A DNA stretch of 63,935 nt, the filler included, from Folioceros fuciformis (lineage: Eukaryota): assembly GCA_049999805.1 (NCBI GenBank). It is 11 parts of 11 records of this genome, joined end to end, with 100 filler letters (N's around TTAATTAATTAA, not from the genome) between each part and the next. Parts side by side here need not be neighbours in the genome. Positions count along the whole stretch, not along the records: positions 2,300 to 13,056 come from JBNGIO010001662.1; positions 13,157 to 19,533 come from JBNGIO010001663.1; positions 19,634 to 24,417 come from JBNGIO010001664.1; 8 more parts are not named here. The stretch is one strand, 5' to 3'. The notes under the pieces were generated by a model. That model searched no databases and was not told the DNA's origin. It saw only the letters and a list, made by a program, of their open reading frames with translations. A program made the translations under genes and the position numbers. The stretch's first letter is position 1, and the number at the start of each line of letters is the position of its first letter. Below, one piece after another: positions 10,625 through 22,612 of the stretch.

Positions 10625-13156
10625 GGTTTGAGTCAATTGAAGGAGAAGCTGGAGGCGGCCCATTACGGACTGAGCCCACCTCTCTACAAGGGTAAATTCA
10701 GGTTGGCAGCCGGAATTGTTTTTGCTTGTTTTTTTTTCTGAATTATTTGAGACATTGTCGGTGTGGCGTTCAACGGAAGGATCTGTTGATGTTGTCGGCG
10801 TGACAGTATGTCCATGGTTGGTGCAGCTGTATCCAGTTCAGTTCTGGTGGCATTTGTACTCATTCCCAAGTGGTGATGTCGATCTAGCCGCGCGGATGCT
10901 ACGAGGTCACAGTTATGCCTGGTGTGGCACCTTGCGACATGCAGGTGATCAGTGGATGTCACGGAACGATCGCCAAGCCCAAGGGTCTGTGGGACAATTT
11001 AAGCTTGTGCGCTTGATGGCTTTGAATCGTTCACTCATGAGGTCTGGGTGGGTTCCGTTGTAAATTTTGTCAAGCGTTGACCGGTAGGCGATAGGGTCCG
11101 GAGCCTGAGATTTCAAGTTGGAGTCCAACCGGCGGTGGTTGTGGATGATGAGTCTTTGAAATTTGAATGGTATGCATGCATACCCTTGAACTTCTTGAAG
11201 TGTGAAAATGGTGTGGATATGGGAGCAGTTAAAGGTTAACAGTGTGCTGTGGTGAGACGTGTACAGTACAGAAAAGGGGTGGAAATAGACAATGACGTGC
11301 TTGTGTGACTTAGGCTAGAGCTCTCCTGGGCTGTGTGTTGTGCTGGGGTTGCAGCAGATTCCCGGTTCCGATTTGAAGGGATGGAACATGTACGTCGGGG
11401 CTCGCATCGTTTCAAGCGCGAGTTGTTTCAGTTTTGTCCGGGCAGTTCGTAGGTGCATATTGTAGTTTGTGTCGCCCCGTTGGGTGACAGTTTGGTGTCC
11501 AAAGCATTTGTGGGATGACTTGGGGGCGATTTTTGTGGGTGTTGCACTATCTTTACTTGTTGCTGGCTTCGCTATGTTTGCCTGCCGTAAGTCTGAAGTG
11601 CCACCTCTGCGGCAGCAGATCCTTGGAACACTAGACACACAGCATGTGTGTACGTGGGGCATCGGGGCTCCTGTACGTGGGCACGCCACGTATGCTGTGT
11701 CGGTGTGAAGGCGCGTGATCCAGGTAGGGAAAGGTGAAAAAGGTGGCAGAAAGTGTCTAGCCCTGGAGTCTGGATCTCTGATCCCTACTGTTTCCCCTTG
11801 TGCGCTTTACAACATTGCCCTCGTGAACGAGGGCAGTGAAGAGCAAGTTGCATTGGGCGGACGTCGATCACCTGAAATGCACCGCCCACACATGCACATG
11901 GATATTAGTGAACGAGCAGCCTATGTACCGTAGAGTAGTTTCCACAGGCTGCTCGAGAGGAACGAAGAAGGCGGGGCAGGAGGCGTCGATGTAGGGTTGG
12001 GACGTCCCTGGCTTAGCGGTGTAGTTGCATGGGGTGAGGCGAATGGTTCAGTGACAAGGGATGCGAACCCCAGTTCCCACAGCAAGCCAGACGAAACAAG
12101 TAGGCAGGCATAGCATTCGAGCTGCAGTCTAGTGTCGGGATGGCACCCATTTAGGTACATGCATTGGTGCACAGCACTTACATTAAGTCTCATGATCCAA
12201 AGCTCGCAGCGCAGTGGACTGAACTGGACTGAGAATTGGACGGCACAGTCGCAGCATGGACACTTGTACTTGTCAACGGAATGGAGGCTGGAGGCTGGAG
12301 CTTCTAAGGCGCCCGGTGCTCGTCGCTGTTCCGTTACCGAACGCAGGTAGGCCCCAGCGGTGGCAGTCGACCAAACAGAAGCAACAAAGGGAGCTGGAGC
12401 GAAATGATTGCGGATAAACATGCATGGAATCTTGGATTCGATTGCTGCTGGCCTGGTGCCTGTGCATGGTGCCTGGTGCCTGGAGTCTGCCGAGCCTGGT
12501 GGCGGTGGTTATAACTTACCGCTCCCCCCTGAAGAGGCCTTTGTGTGGCTCTTGGGGAAAGGTGGTTGTGCGTAACTGCCAATATCGTGCACGATTCACA
12601 ACGCTCAATTACGTTATTACATTGACACCAGCTAGGCTAGCCCAGTTTTTTTCAAGTGTGAGGAGTCTCACAGTCGGGACAGGGTGTGGATGTAGATGGC
12701 CATCCGGCTTCAGATTCGGCTTCGGCTTCGGCTTTCGCCTCCACTTGCGGGGCCCTATTCCTGGGCCCTTGCTGTATAAAAATGTATGTATATTGGCAAG
12801 CGTTTTTTAGTTCCAAGTGTGCGGACACAACAGAGGGCCATTAGACGCTCGGTGGCCACTTGATTCTTCCCGAGCTGGGCTGGCGTTTTTGGCTCGGCAA
12901 CAGTGTAAAATACTGGATATATTGTCGTTTAGGGTTCACATAGACTGCAGAGTGGAAGCTGTGAGAGCCTGGGGAGCCTCTGAGAGATGCAATTGTATGT
13001 ATGGCAGTGGCTAACAGGTACACGACTCGATTGCTGACAGACGCAGGCGCAGGCGCNNNNNNNNNNNNNNNNNNNNNNNNNNNNNNNNNNNNNNNNNNNN
13101 TTAATTAATTAANNNNNNNNNNNNNNNNNNNNNNNNNNNNNNNNNNNNNNNNNNNN

Positions 13157-16100
13157 CGCCGGGGCCGCATCTCGAGTCCACGGCGACGTACGTGCCTCCG
13201 CCGCCTCGCAAAAGCTTCCGGACGCAGGGAGACTGCTACCCGCCTGCCACTCCCCAGTCGGAGACGTCTCTTCCCGCTTCTCCTGATGCATACCTTGCTC
13301 CTCGGCCTGGAGTTGAGCCTGAGTGTCCTGTACGGGAAAGTTGAAGCCTAAAGTCCTGCCCAGGGAGAAACCGACAACACCCTTGACACCCACAAGGGAT
13401 TTCCAAGATGCCTTTTGCATCCACTTGGCGTTCTCGTCATCCGCGTTTCCTGGTGATGGAGGCGATACTGGTGCGCTATTGCTTACCACCTCAGAGAGGA
13501 CGGTGGGGTTGCCTACCGCCTCCCTGTCAAGCTCAAGCGGCTGAGTGGTCGGGTCCACGCCGCTTCCCGCTTCCACTATGTTGTCTTTGCCTCCTGCTTC
13601 ACCGCCCGTGGTCGCCAACTTGTCGGGATGCGAGCCACTTGCAGTCCCACCGCCCACTTGGGGAGTGACTATTCCAGGGTCAGTGGTTGCCTGCACTGAC
13701 TGTCGGTCAGCTCGTGGCCCAGTAGTGGCTTTGACCATGTCAGAGGAGCCCCTGACCCCTTTCACCTTCTTGATTTGCGAGCGTGGCTTTGCCTTGGTCT
13801 TCACCTTCGCCTCGTTGCTAAGAGACGGCACAACCTCCGAGCTGCTGCTGCCACCGACCACGTTTCTCTCTAGACCTGTTTGTCCTGACGGTGGCTCTGT
13901 TCCACTCGTTCCTGCCACACCTGCCGCCACCTCGAAAACCCGCCTCCACTTCTCTACCGTGGCCTCGGTTCCCGGGATGACTGCGCCACTGATGGATGGA
14001 CTCGTTTCATCGGCCGCGGATTCTCCAGGTACCACTTCGTCCATCTTGTCTTCTATATTCAGAACCAAGCCTGAAGCTGGTACGTAAGCAGCAGCCTCAA
14101 ACAACTTGTTCCATTTCTCTTGTTTACTCTCCCTTTCAGCTGCAGGCGCCTGGCGAAATTCAGGTTCTGAGCCCAACCTGCTTCGCTTCTGCAACGGGGG
14201 TGGCTCCGACTCGGTGGACGCCATGTCAAGAACTGTTGCCCTGCTCACTACAACCAAACGTTAGAACTCTTCCCCCAGTGGACACTGAAGGCAAAACCAA
14301 CTGCACACAGACCAATGGGGACGTTGCCGACGTGCCTTTTCAAGCCACTGCCATCGTATGAAGCAAGACTTGTGGCGTCCTCCTCCCGCCCGGTGGCAGC
14401 TGCGAGACGAGAACCTTGCTTGTCATCGATCCCAGCCGCGCTGTCCTGTGAATCATGGCCTAACTTCCTTCCCTCATTGGATGCAGAATGTGACAGCATT
14501 GGCTGCTTCCTCTTTTTGATCCTGTCCCCTTCACCATTGCCCTCATCCAACTCCTTCGTTTTGGCTGCTTTTGGCGTTGATTGTTCCAGACCCTTTCTCG
14601 AGCTTGTGAATGTCTTGGAGGGCGGCTGGTTCTTGAATTTACTAACCAGGTCACAATCCTCACCATCCACTACATTCTCAGCCAAATCCGCATCCTTGTA
14701 CCCCTCTTCCATCCAAATCCCATCCTTCGCCTCCTCCTTCCCACGACCATCACCACCCCCGACCTCAAGGTCACATATGTCTGAGTCATCCTGTAAATCA
14801 TGGTCTAACTTGCTTCCCTGACTGGATCCAGCATGCAACTGCACTGTCGACTTCCCCCTTCTGATCCTGCTCACTTCGCCTTTGCCCTCATCCAAGTTCT
14901 TTCTATCGTCTGTTGTTGGCGTCAACTGCTCCTGGAATTTACCACTAACAGCAACATCCTCCGTGTGCTCATCCAAGCCTTTCCATGTGACTTTCTTTGA
15001 CGTAGGATGCCTCTTCACTTTACCACTACGGCAACGACCCGCATCCTCCACTTCCCGAGCCAAATTCACATCCTCATTCTCAGGGTCCTCGTCGTACTCA
15101 TCACCACCCTCACCCTCTTCCTCCAGGTCACTAATCTCTGAGTCTGATATATCAGACTTGACTCCCACCCCAGCAGCTGCTTCAAATAACTTTGTCCAGG
15201 GACTTGCGACGGAATTAGCAGATTTCTTTCCGGCATCTTTCCTCAGAATTTTTTTCCTCTTCCTCGGCAGGGACTCCGTCTTCAGCGCAGACGTGTCAGT
15301 CGGGCGTTCCGCCACTTCCTTTGTTGAAGAGCTGGGATCCACAATGTCGCGGTAGCGACAGGCAGACTGATCAGAAACCAAGCGACTATCGAAACGAGCA
15401 CGGAACAAGAAGCCTTCCACAATCCGATGGCGGAAAGAGCACACGAAACAGCAATACGAACCTCCCTAAACCAGCATCACCAGGGAATAGTTTGGACAGA
15501 AGCTCCAACTGCCTCTGCCTTTCAACTTTTAGACATTCTGCACAGAAAAGGATGCCATGCTGTAAGCACAATTATTCCAGAGAAGCACGCTCAAAGTGGG
15601 TAGGCATTGAGATACCGACCTTCCAACTCTTCAGCACTCAGCTGTTGCGCCGCGAAACGATCAGGACGGGCATCCGCACCACCCTTACTTTGACGCTGAG
15701 GACCAGCATCTGCGGCTGTTTCACAATGCTCTTGCCTCGGGACGGGTTCAATTACCAGTTTCTCATCAATGCTCAAAGGTAGGAGCCGAAGAGGAAGGCT
15801 CTCCTCACGCCGAAAGCTGTACTTGTGTTTCCCAAGTCCCTTCAGCGGCACAAATCTCAACTGCACACGACAAACCGCCAGCTTCGTCCAAATTCCGATT
15901 GCTACTACCCCTCCATAAAATGTACGCATCCAACCAATTCTCGTACCTTTTTCGCGTTCGGAAATTTCATGTTCAAGCCCGGCAAGGACAATTGCCTCTT
16001 CAGACTCTCAGTATCAAGGGTCTCCGAAAAGGAGCTGTCTTGAGCAGCATCATCAGCTTCAGCCTGGGAATCGGCGTCCCACTCACGCTGCAGCCTGGTC

Positions 16101-16513
16101 AGGAAGTGCTCCTTCGCCCTTTCGATCCGCAGTTTCCCGCCCCTCCACTTGCACCCGTTATACTGTTCTGCCATTTTCCCACCACATCCACACGTTCAGC
16201 CGAAAAAAGAGTATTAAGTCTGGCAGGCAGCAACCATATTCGCAACACCTACCACGCTCATGAGCTTCGCAAGGGCGGCTTCAGAGGCCTCGAATTCCAC
16301 ATGCACGAATCCCCGATGGCTCCCAGCCGGCTGCTCCTCCCAGACCTGCTTGCGCGCTGTGACATCCACCCTGTGCACCCGCCCCAGCCGGTCCAGCATG
16401 CCTGTCAAGTCCTTAGAACTCACGCCTGGAGCCAAACCCCCCACAAACAACCGCACTCTGACGGACGTAATGTCCGCCTTGCTGCCTTCCTCTGTTCGCA
16501 TCCCCTCAGCCAT
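13157..16513 (-). CDS. Nucleolar protein 8-like RRM protein, multi-exon, 3' end lost at gap
   Basis: RLFVGGL...RGFVHVEF RRM, then exon YNGCKWRGGKLRIERAKEHFLTRLQREW; long acidic/basic low-complexity region; KASWKSLVG motif. Confidence 0.8.
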
Positions 16514-16575
16514 CTTCAGCAGGCGAGGAGTCGGACTCTTCGACGATTTCACCGACGACGGAAGTTGCGGGCATA

Positions 16576-16597
16576 TTTAGGGTTTTAGGGTTTAGGG
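16576..16597. promoter_or_regulatory. Three telo-box (TTTAGGG/AAACCCTA-like) motifs between two divergent genes
   Basis: tttagggttttagggtttaggg lies in the 127-bp gap between the ATGs at 16513 (-) and 16641 (+). Confidence 0.65.
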
Positions 16598-16640
16598 CTG
16601 AGGGGTTTCTCCAGGAGCGCAGAGTTAGCCGGTTGTGGGA

Positions 16641-19533
16641 ATGGCGGGCCTGAGGTCGCCTCTGCCGTCGGAAGAGGATGACACTCAGCGTCTTCGCTCG
16701 TATTTGCTGCGCTGTACCAGCGCAGAGATTTCGGCTGCTTGCAGAGCTGTGGAAGGGGAGTTGCAGCAGCACCAGTTTCAAACAGGGGAGCATGTGCGGG
16801 ACTTCTACCGCCTCTGCTTTCCGATTTTGCTGAGAAAGATACTTGGATATGAGGACTCGCAGCTGGCATCGCCTCAGGTATGGAGATTGCTATCTCAGGT
16901 ATGGAAATTGCTAAGATGGGAACAGCTCCATAGGCTTGTTGACGAGTTGGAAAGAATTCAACGTGAGCGAATGTGGTTCTAGGGGTCGTCGCGGGCATCG
17001 GCAACACCAGCGTCGGCTTCCTGGGCTGTGAATGCGGGAGGATGGCTGGCGGATGCATCTCTGCCTGGGAACGAGGCGCAGGCGAGAGCTCTTGTTTCTC
17101 TGCTTTCGCCCGAGGGCCCGCTCTTCTCTTCCCTTCTGACCGCGGACAAGGAGAGCTTTGTGAGGTACGTTTTTCCGACAGAGAGGTTGCCGGAATGGGT
17201 TCGCCAGCTCATGGCAGCAGAGAAGGGCGTGTTCTTGCTGTGTCAGATCTCGCCTTTGTGGAAGACACGCATTGTGGGAGATGCTCTCGGAGCACTGCAG
17301 GTGCATCTGGACGTGTTTGAGTACTACATGTTTTGGTTTGCCTACTACGCAGTGTGCAAGGAGTGCATGTTGCCACAGAATGGGCCTGGCGGAAAGCGGG
17401 GCCGCAACTTCGTGGCCTCCCGGTCTAAGCAGCTGAGGAGTCAGATTGAGCATTGGGCGGCTTCCATCCCTGGCCTGCATCAGGAGAAAACTCCAGCACC
17501 TTCTGGAGTCCAAGTCAATCCCTACTTGCACCTGTTGGGACTCTACCTTTCCCATTTCCTGAAGTTTTATGGGGGAGCCGCTGTCGGAAGAGGATCACAG
17601 CAGGATGTTGTCAACAGCAGTTGCACTTCGGCTCAGGGAGACATTCTAGCCTGTACGCTTATCGAGTTTTGGTTGATGGATGATGATCCAGTGCCTATCT
17701 CGCTGAAAGCAAGGCGTGCCCTCGGCGGAGTAGACTCTCCCTTGGGCCTGAAATCACTGTCTGCCCAGGTGTATGTGCCTCCAGGAAACGATCTCACTGA
17801 CGCTCTGAAGGTTCTGATTAACTACCTCGACCGGCATGTGCCTGCTTCTCGTGACCCAAACAACGGGCCCACACTTTCGGAGAGGGACTCTGGTGGCAAC
17901 CGGTATCGCAACAGATCAATTCTGGGACAGGCAGGGATTGCGTTACCGAGTCGCCCGTCGTCATCGTGGGATTTCTCGACGGCTGCTTTTCTTGGCAACT
18001 CGTATATTGGATGCCTTCAAAGGCCTCTGTATCGATTCTTTCTCAGGGCATTCAACTTATGGCCAATGGGGAGCTCCGTTCGGAGAATGGACCAGGTAAT
18101 CACTGTGTGGTTAGATTACCTGCAGCCCTGGAATGCAAATAGCGAGCACGGTGCCAGAAAGGTCGGATCTGCTTCCGTACGAAGCAAACTCCCGGATCAA
18201 CAAAACGGACCTGTCACCACATCCATTTGGAATGACGATGACTCGTCTCCTTACCAAAGTAGCGAGACGGGCAATTTCAGGGATCATAAGAAGCGACAGA
18301 CGTATGTTCGTTCCAACTACCTTTTCTACACCCAGCTGGTTACCCATTTTCTGGAGTTTGCCATCAAAAACGTCCATGTGGATCCTGAGGCAATCTTGCG
18401 AATGACGTACAAGGTTAGATGAAGCTTTTAAGCAGGAATATGATGGGACGGTGGAGGTTCTTATGATCTGGATAGGAATAGCTTGCCACTCTGGAAGCTC
18501 TGGACATTTTACACTTGTGTGTTGCATGATTGGTCTGACTTCTTGAACGTGCTGGTTGCAGGTGCTCGCAGCTCTGGCACAGTCAAAAGAATTGCTTGTT
18601 TATCTGAGGAGGCTGGACCATGCGTACTCCTCGCAAGAATCCTCAAGGCTGCTTGCTGGGTCTCGCGTTGAGCTAGCACAATTGATTGAAGACCAGCTTG
18701 AGGTTCACGATGGTTCTAGCACTGTTCCTGTTCTGTATGAACTTAGTGAGCTAAATGAATTTTTTTTGGGAGTTCGGTGTGGTGGTACATGCGAAGCACG
18801 AGTTTTCAATTGGAGTCCTTTGTCTGCGTGCAGAACTGGGAGGAGGGGTTTTCTGCTGTTGACGAACGGGAGAATGCAGAGACCGATAGATGTCAGAGGC
18901 CACAGTTAAGATTCTTCAGCCTCGGGGAAAATGGAGGTCACCATCTACTGCAGGTACTTAGGCACGTGCTGGATATCTTCTATCTTGAAACAGGTCTTCG
19001 GTATTCTCAAAAGTCTAACACGCGTGCATTTACTAGCAGTCTCTGATACTGAGGGGTGAAGCTGAGGTACAAGCGGCCACGCCAGAGAGGAGCCCCTTAA
19101 TTGTCCAGGGCCTGGAGGCAGTCAAGGAAATCACTCGAAGCATATTTGATTCACATGCTGTATCAAGTTACTATGGGTCGATTATGCAACCCGGACTTGT
19201 GGTCAGCTATCTGGATGAGAGGTTCACTCCAAGTGCACTACCATCGGGGCTCAATCGGCACTCTTGGATGGATGTTAAGTACAGGGGTGACTGGATGAGG
19301 CGCCCCATCGAAGCTTCGGAAATTGCTTTCTTGGCACGGTTTCTGGTGAAGCTGTCTGATAGAATTAATTCTGTTCTAGGCCTGGATGATAGGCATCGTG
19401 CTTGCAGCTATGTCCCATCTGCTCCTCTTGAGCCCCCTGCAGAGAACGGAGTTCTAGGTGGGTTGGATGCACAGGCGGGTGATGCAGGTGGACTGACACA
19501 TGTCCTAAATTTTGTTCGAAGACGGTGGTGGGG
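16641..19533 (+). CDS. Sphingomyelin phosphodiesterase 4 (SMPD4)-like protein, multi-exon, 3' end lost at gap
   Basis: FPILLRKILGY, YVFPTERLP, FEYYMFWFAYY, LQRPLYRFFLRAFNLWP, WLDYLQPW and YRGDWMRRPIEASEIAFLARFLVKLSDRIN, in order across GT-AG exons. Confidence 0.78.
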
Positions 19534-19633
19534 NNNNNNNNNNNNNNNNNNNNNNNNNNNNNNNNNNNNNNNNNNNNTTAATTAATTAANNNNNNNNNNN
19601 NNNNNNNNNNNNNNNNNNNNNNNNNNNNNNNNN

Positions 19634-19810
19634 GGCTCTTGTATGGAATACTGATGCGGATCTAAGGCTCTTGTATGGGCTCTTGTATGGAATACTGATG
19701 CGGATCTAAGGATCTAAGGCTCTTGTATGGAATACTGATGCTCTTGTATAGAATACTGATGCAGATCTAAGGTTCTTGTATGGGCTCTTATATGGAATAC
19801 TGATGCGGAC
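19634..19810. repeat. Minisatellite, ggctcttgtatggaatactgatgcggatctaa-type units
   Basis: About five imperfect tandem copies at the contig start. Confidence 0.85.
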
Positions 19811-20126
19811 AAAGACTACATACTCATGCTTTTTTTTTTGTTGGAATACATATTTTATACATGAATTTTCCGTGGTATTTAAGGAATATTCTTCCACTCT
19901 ACTTCACCACGTTATCCAACCCTACTACGTATACATCGTATAGCAAATTTTTTTAAATACCTCTAACCTCTTTGTGGACCGAATTTTTTTTTTAAATACC
20001 TCTAACCTCTTTGTGGACCGAAATTGTGGACCTTTAGGGACACAGCGTTTCGCTTCATACAAAGTGACTTTGAAGAACCGTCCCCATTGTATAAAGTGTG
20101 TTAAGATTCATTTATGGGTGTTCTAG

Positions 20127-20375
20127 GTGGCACAACGTTTCAGGACAATTGGGAGCTCCCGCTTTGGTTCGCAATTAGGAGCTCCCACTCTGGCACAGTG
20201 TTTCGGGACAATCAGGAGCTCCCGCTCTAGCACAGTGTTTTGGGACAATCGAGAGCTCTCGATGTGACACAGCATTTCAGGACAATCGGGAGCTCCTGCT
20301 TTGGTCCGTAATCGGGAGCTCTCGCTCTGGCACAACGTTTCGGGACAAGCGAGAGCTCTCGTTCTGGCACAGCAT
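20127..20375. repeat. Minisatellite, gggacaatcgggagctcccgctctggcacagcgttt-type units
   Basis: Repeated GAGCTC-centred units of roughly 25-36 bp. Confidence 0.8.
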
Positions 20376-20422
20376 TTCTCGATTTTGGAATACCCGGGTG
20401 TTTCAGAGGATGCCTCATCGTG

Positions 20423-20657
20423 ATGTGAGGATACACTCCAAATGGGAAGGGAAAGGTGGGTTTAAGGGTGTGCATGGAGGCATGTGGGGATACACTCCAA
20501 ATGGAAAGGGAGAGGTGGGTTTAGGGGTGTGCATGGAGGTGTGTGAGAATACACTCCAAATGGGAAGGGAGAGGTGGGTTTAAGAGTGTGCATGGAGGTA
20601 TGTGAGGATACACTCCAAATGGGAAGGGAGAGGTGGGTTTAAGGGTGTGCATGGAGG
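20423..20657 (+). repeat. 59-bp G-rich tandem repeat, four copies
   Basis: atacactccaaatgg recurs at 20431, 20490, 20549 and 20608. Confidence 0.92.
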
Positions 20658-22612
20658 CGGTGAATGCTGAGGTTTGAAGGAAGGCTATGAACCGTGGGTG
20701 CGGCCCTAACCCTAACTAACTAAAAAAAAGGAATGAGTGTGAGTGGAGGAGATGCACCGGGAGCTGAGGGATAAAATAAATTAGGTGTGTCATTAGGTGT
20801 GTCCCAATGGGACACCTACTTTGTGCCCTTTGATCGAAGCGGGCACATAATGTCCAAACTGTTTGCACCGTATATACTACCACCGCCCTAAAATTTCTAT
20901 AAAAGAACTCCTGTCCGCTTCAATATTCCATACTCTTGTATCCAGATTATTTATTATAGATTATTTTCTAAATATGAGTAGGTATAATAAATCTTATTCC
21001 AAATTGGAAAACTCTCTTTAGGGTAGATAAATTTTTTATGTTGTTTTTCTAAAATAAATGAAAGTTGCTTGGTGACTAAGAGGGGAAAGGAAAGAAGTTT
21101 TCCTTAAGGCTTTCCTATTCTGTTTCTAAAAAATTTATTTTGTTTGAATAGTTTAAATATATATTAGGTCTTGCTGCTAGAGGTTGTGGATGGCTGCAAA
21201 TATGTTTCGTATGCTAAATACTTATGATCATTTCATAAAATGGAAAACATGGATATAATCACTGTCTTTGCTTTTTGGTCGTTTTCTTTTTGGCGGGTTG
21301 ATGTGGTCTGCTTGAATGAAATGAAAGGCTATGTGTGGCTTCTTAGAGCGATCCAGCTTACCCGACAGATCGTTGAGGAATGTTTGTTTATACAGGCAGG
21401 CACCGGGGGGCCCGAGAGCCTCAATTCCAAAGGTCGGATCACACTCGGCGATTTGGTCACAGGCTAGAATGTTTGTCTGCACTTGGAAAGCTGAGCAGTT
21501 TATATCTTTCAGCTATGATCTGCAACGCTGCCCTCCACTCAAGGAGATTCACAACCTGACCTGGTACTGTCCGTGCTAGACGCAACAGGAATGCGTTTTT
21601 CCTTCCGCAACGTGCTACAGTGAATGAGAGCCGCTTCCCAGGAATTGATTTCCTCGAGGCGTTAGCACGCTTAATTGTCCCTTCTAGGTGTCCAGGGCTG
21701 CAAGTGTGGATTCCCAACGTCACTGTGATATGTGTTCCATGAAGGATGTCTTTGATTATGCATGTGAACTTTTCCTAGTAGCAGGAAGCAAAGCTCAGGG
21801 AGGGGACCAGGAATTTGTTCATTCGTTTTCGGTGCTGTGTGCGAAGGTGACAGAAAAACCAACTGTCTTGATTGTCCTGTGCACTTGTAGCAGCCAGATT
21901 GGAACTGGATGGCCGGCTGGGTTTACGAAAGAAATGCCATGAGACGTTGCAGGATATGGATAGGATGTTGCCCTAGGCCCTTACCGAGGATCCCGCATGA
22001 AACCCTCATGTGAAGGAACAATGTGGATTACGTGCATCACTTGCAACAACATCTCGTCCAGTTTCCAGAGCACTAGACCCGTGTGCACTGCTGCCTGGCC
22101 TCCACAGTGCCTCTCGCTCTGCAGGTGCCTCTTGCAACAGATTTCGATCAAAACGTGGTACATAAGTATGACAAACCAACCCCCGGTGTCCGTGTGCAAG
22201 CAGCGCGGTCTTGGCCTGGTTCACTGTACAAATCGCTCACGAGACTGGGCCGAGGATCCGGCCAGTAGCTGTGCTAAATGCATGTTGCCAGTCTGCCACA
22301 CACTTGTCGTATGACATGGATATGGATACACAGGTACGAGTACCTGTGTATATATGACTATATATGCCTGACTATATATGCCGAGCTTGGCAAAGTGTCA
22401 CCAGCTTGCTTGAAACACATTCACAAGCTCCTAAGGAGTACCGGGAAGGCAGGGCCTGCATCTCTCGGCGGTCGAGCGCTGTAAGCTTGTCCATGAAGTG
22501 CTCGCATTCGCGCTCAGTATTGGATATCCACCATCTGCTGATGCCAATTGTTTGCTTGTTCGTTCTCAAATCCTTCCAGAGGCTGTGCAGGTCCTGCATT
22601 TAATTGGCCACG

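Noticed and set aside
10684..13056. Short ORFs or possible miRNA/snoRNA loci downstream of DIS3L2
   Set aside because: I found no recognisable protein, conserved plant miRNA sequence or convincing C/D box pair by eye; an Rfam search would be needed
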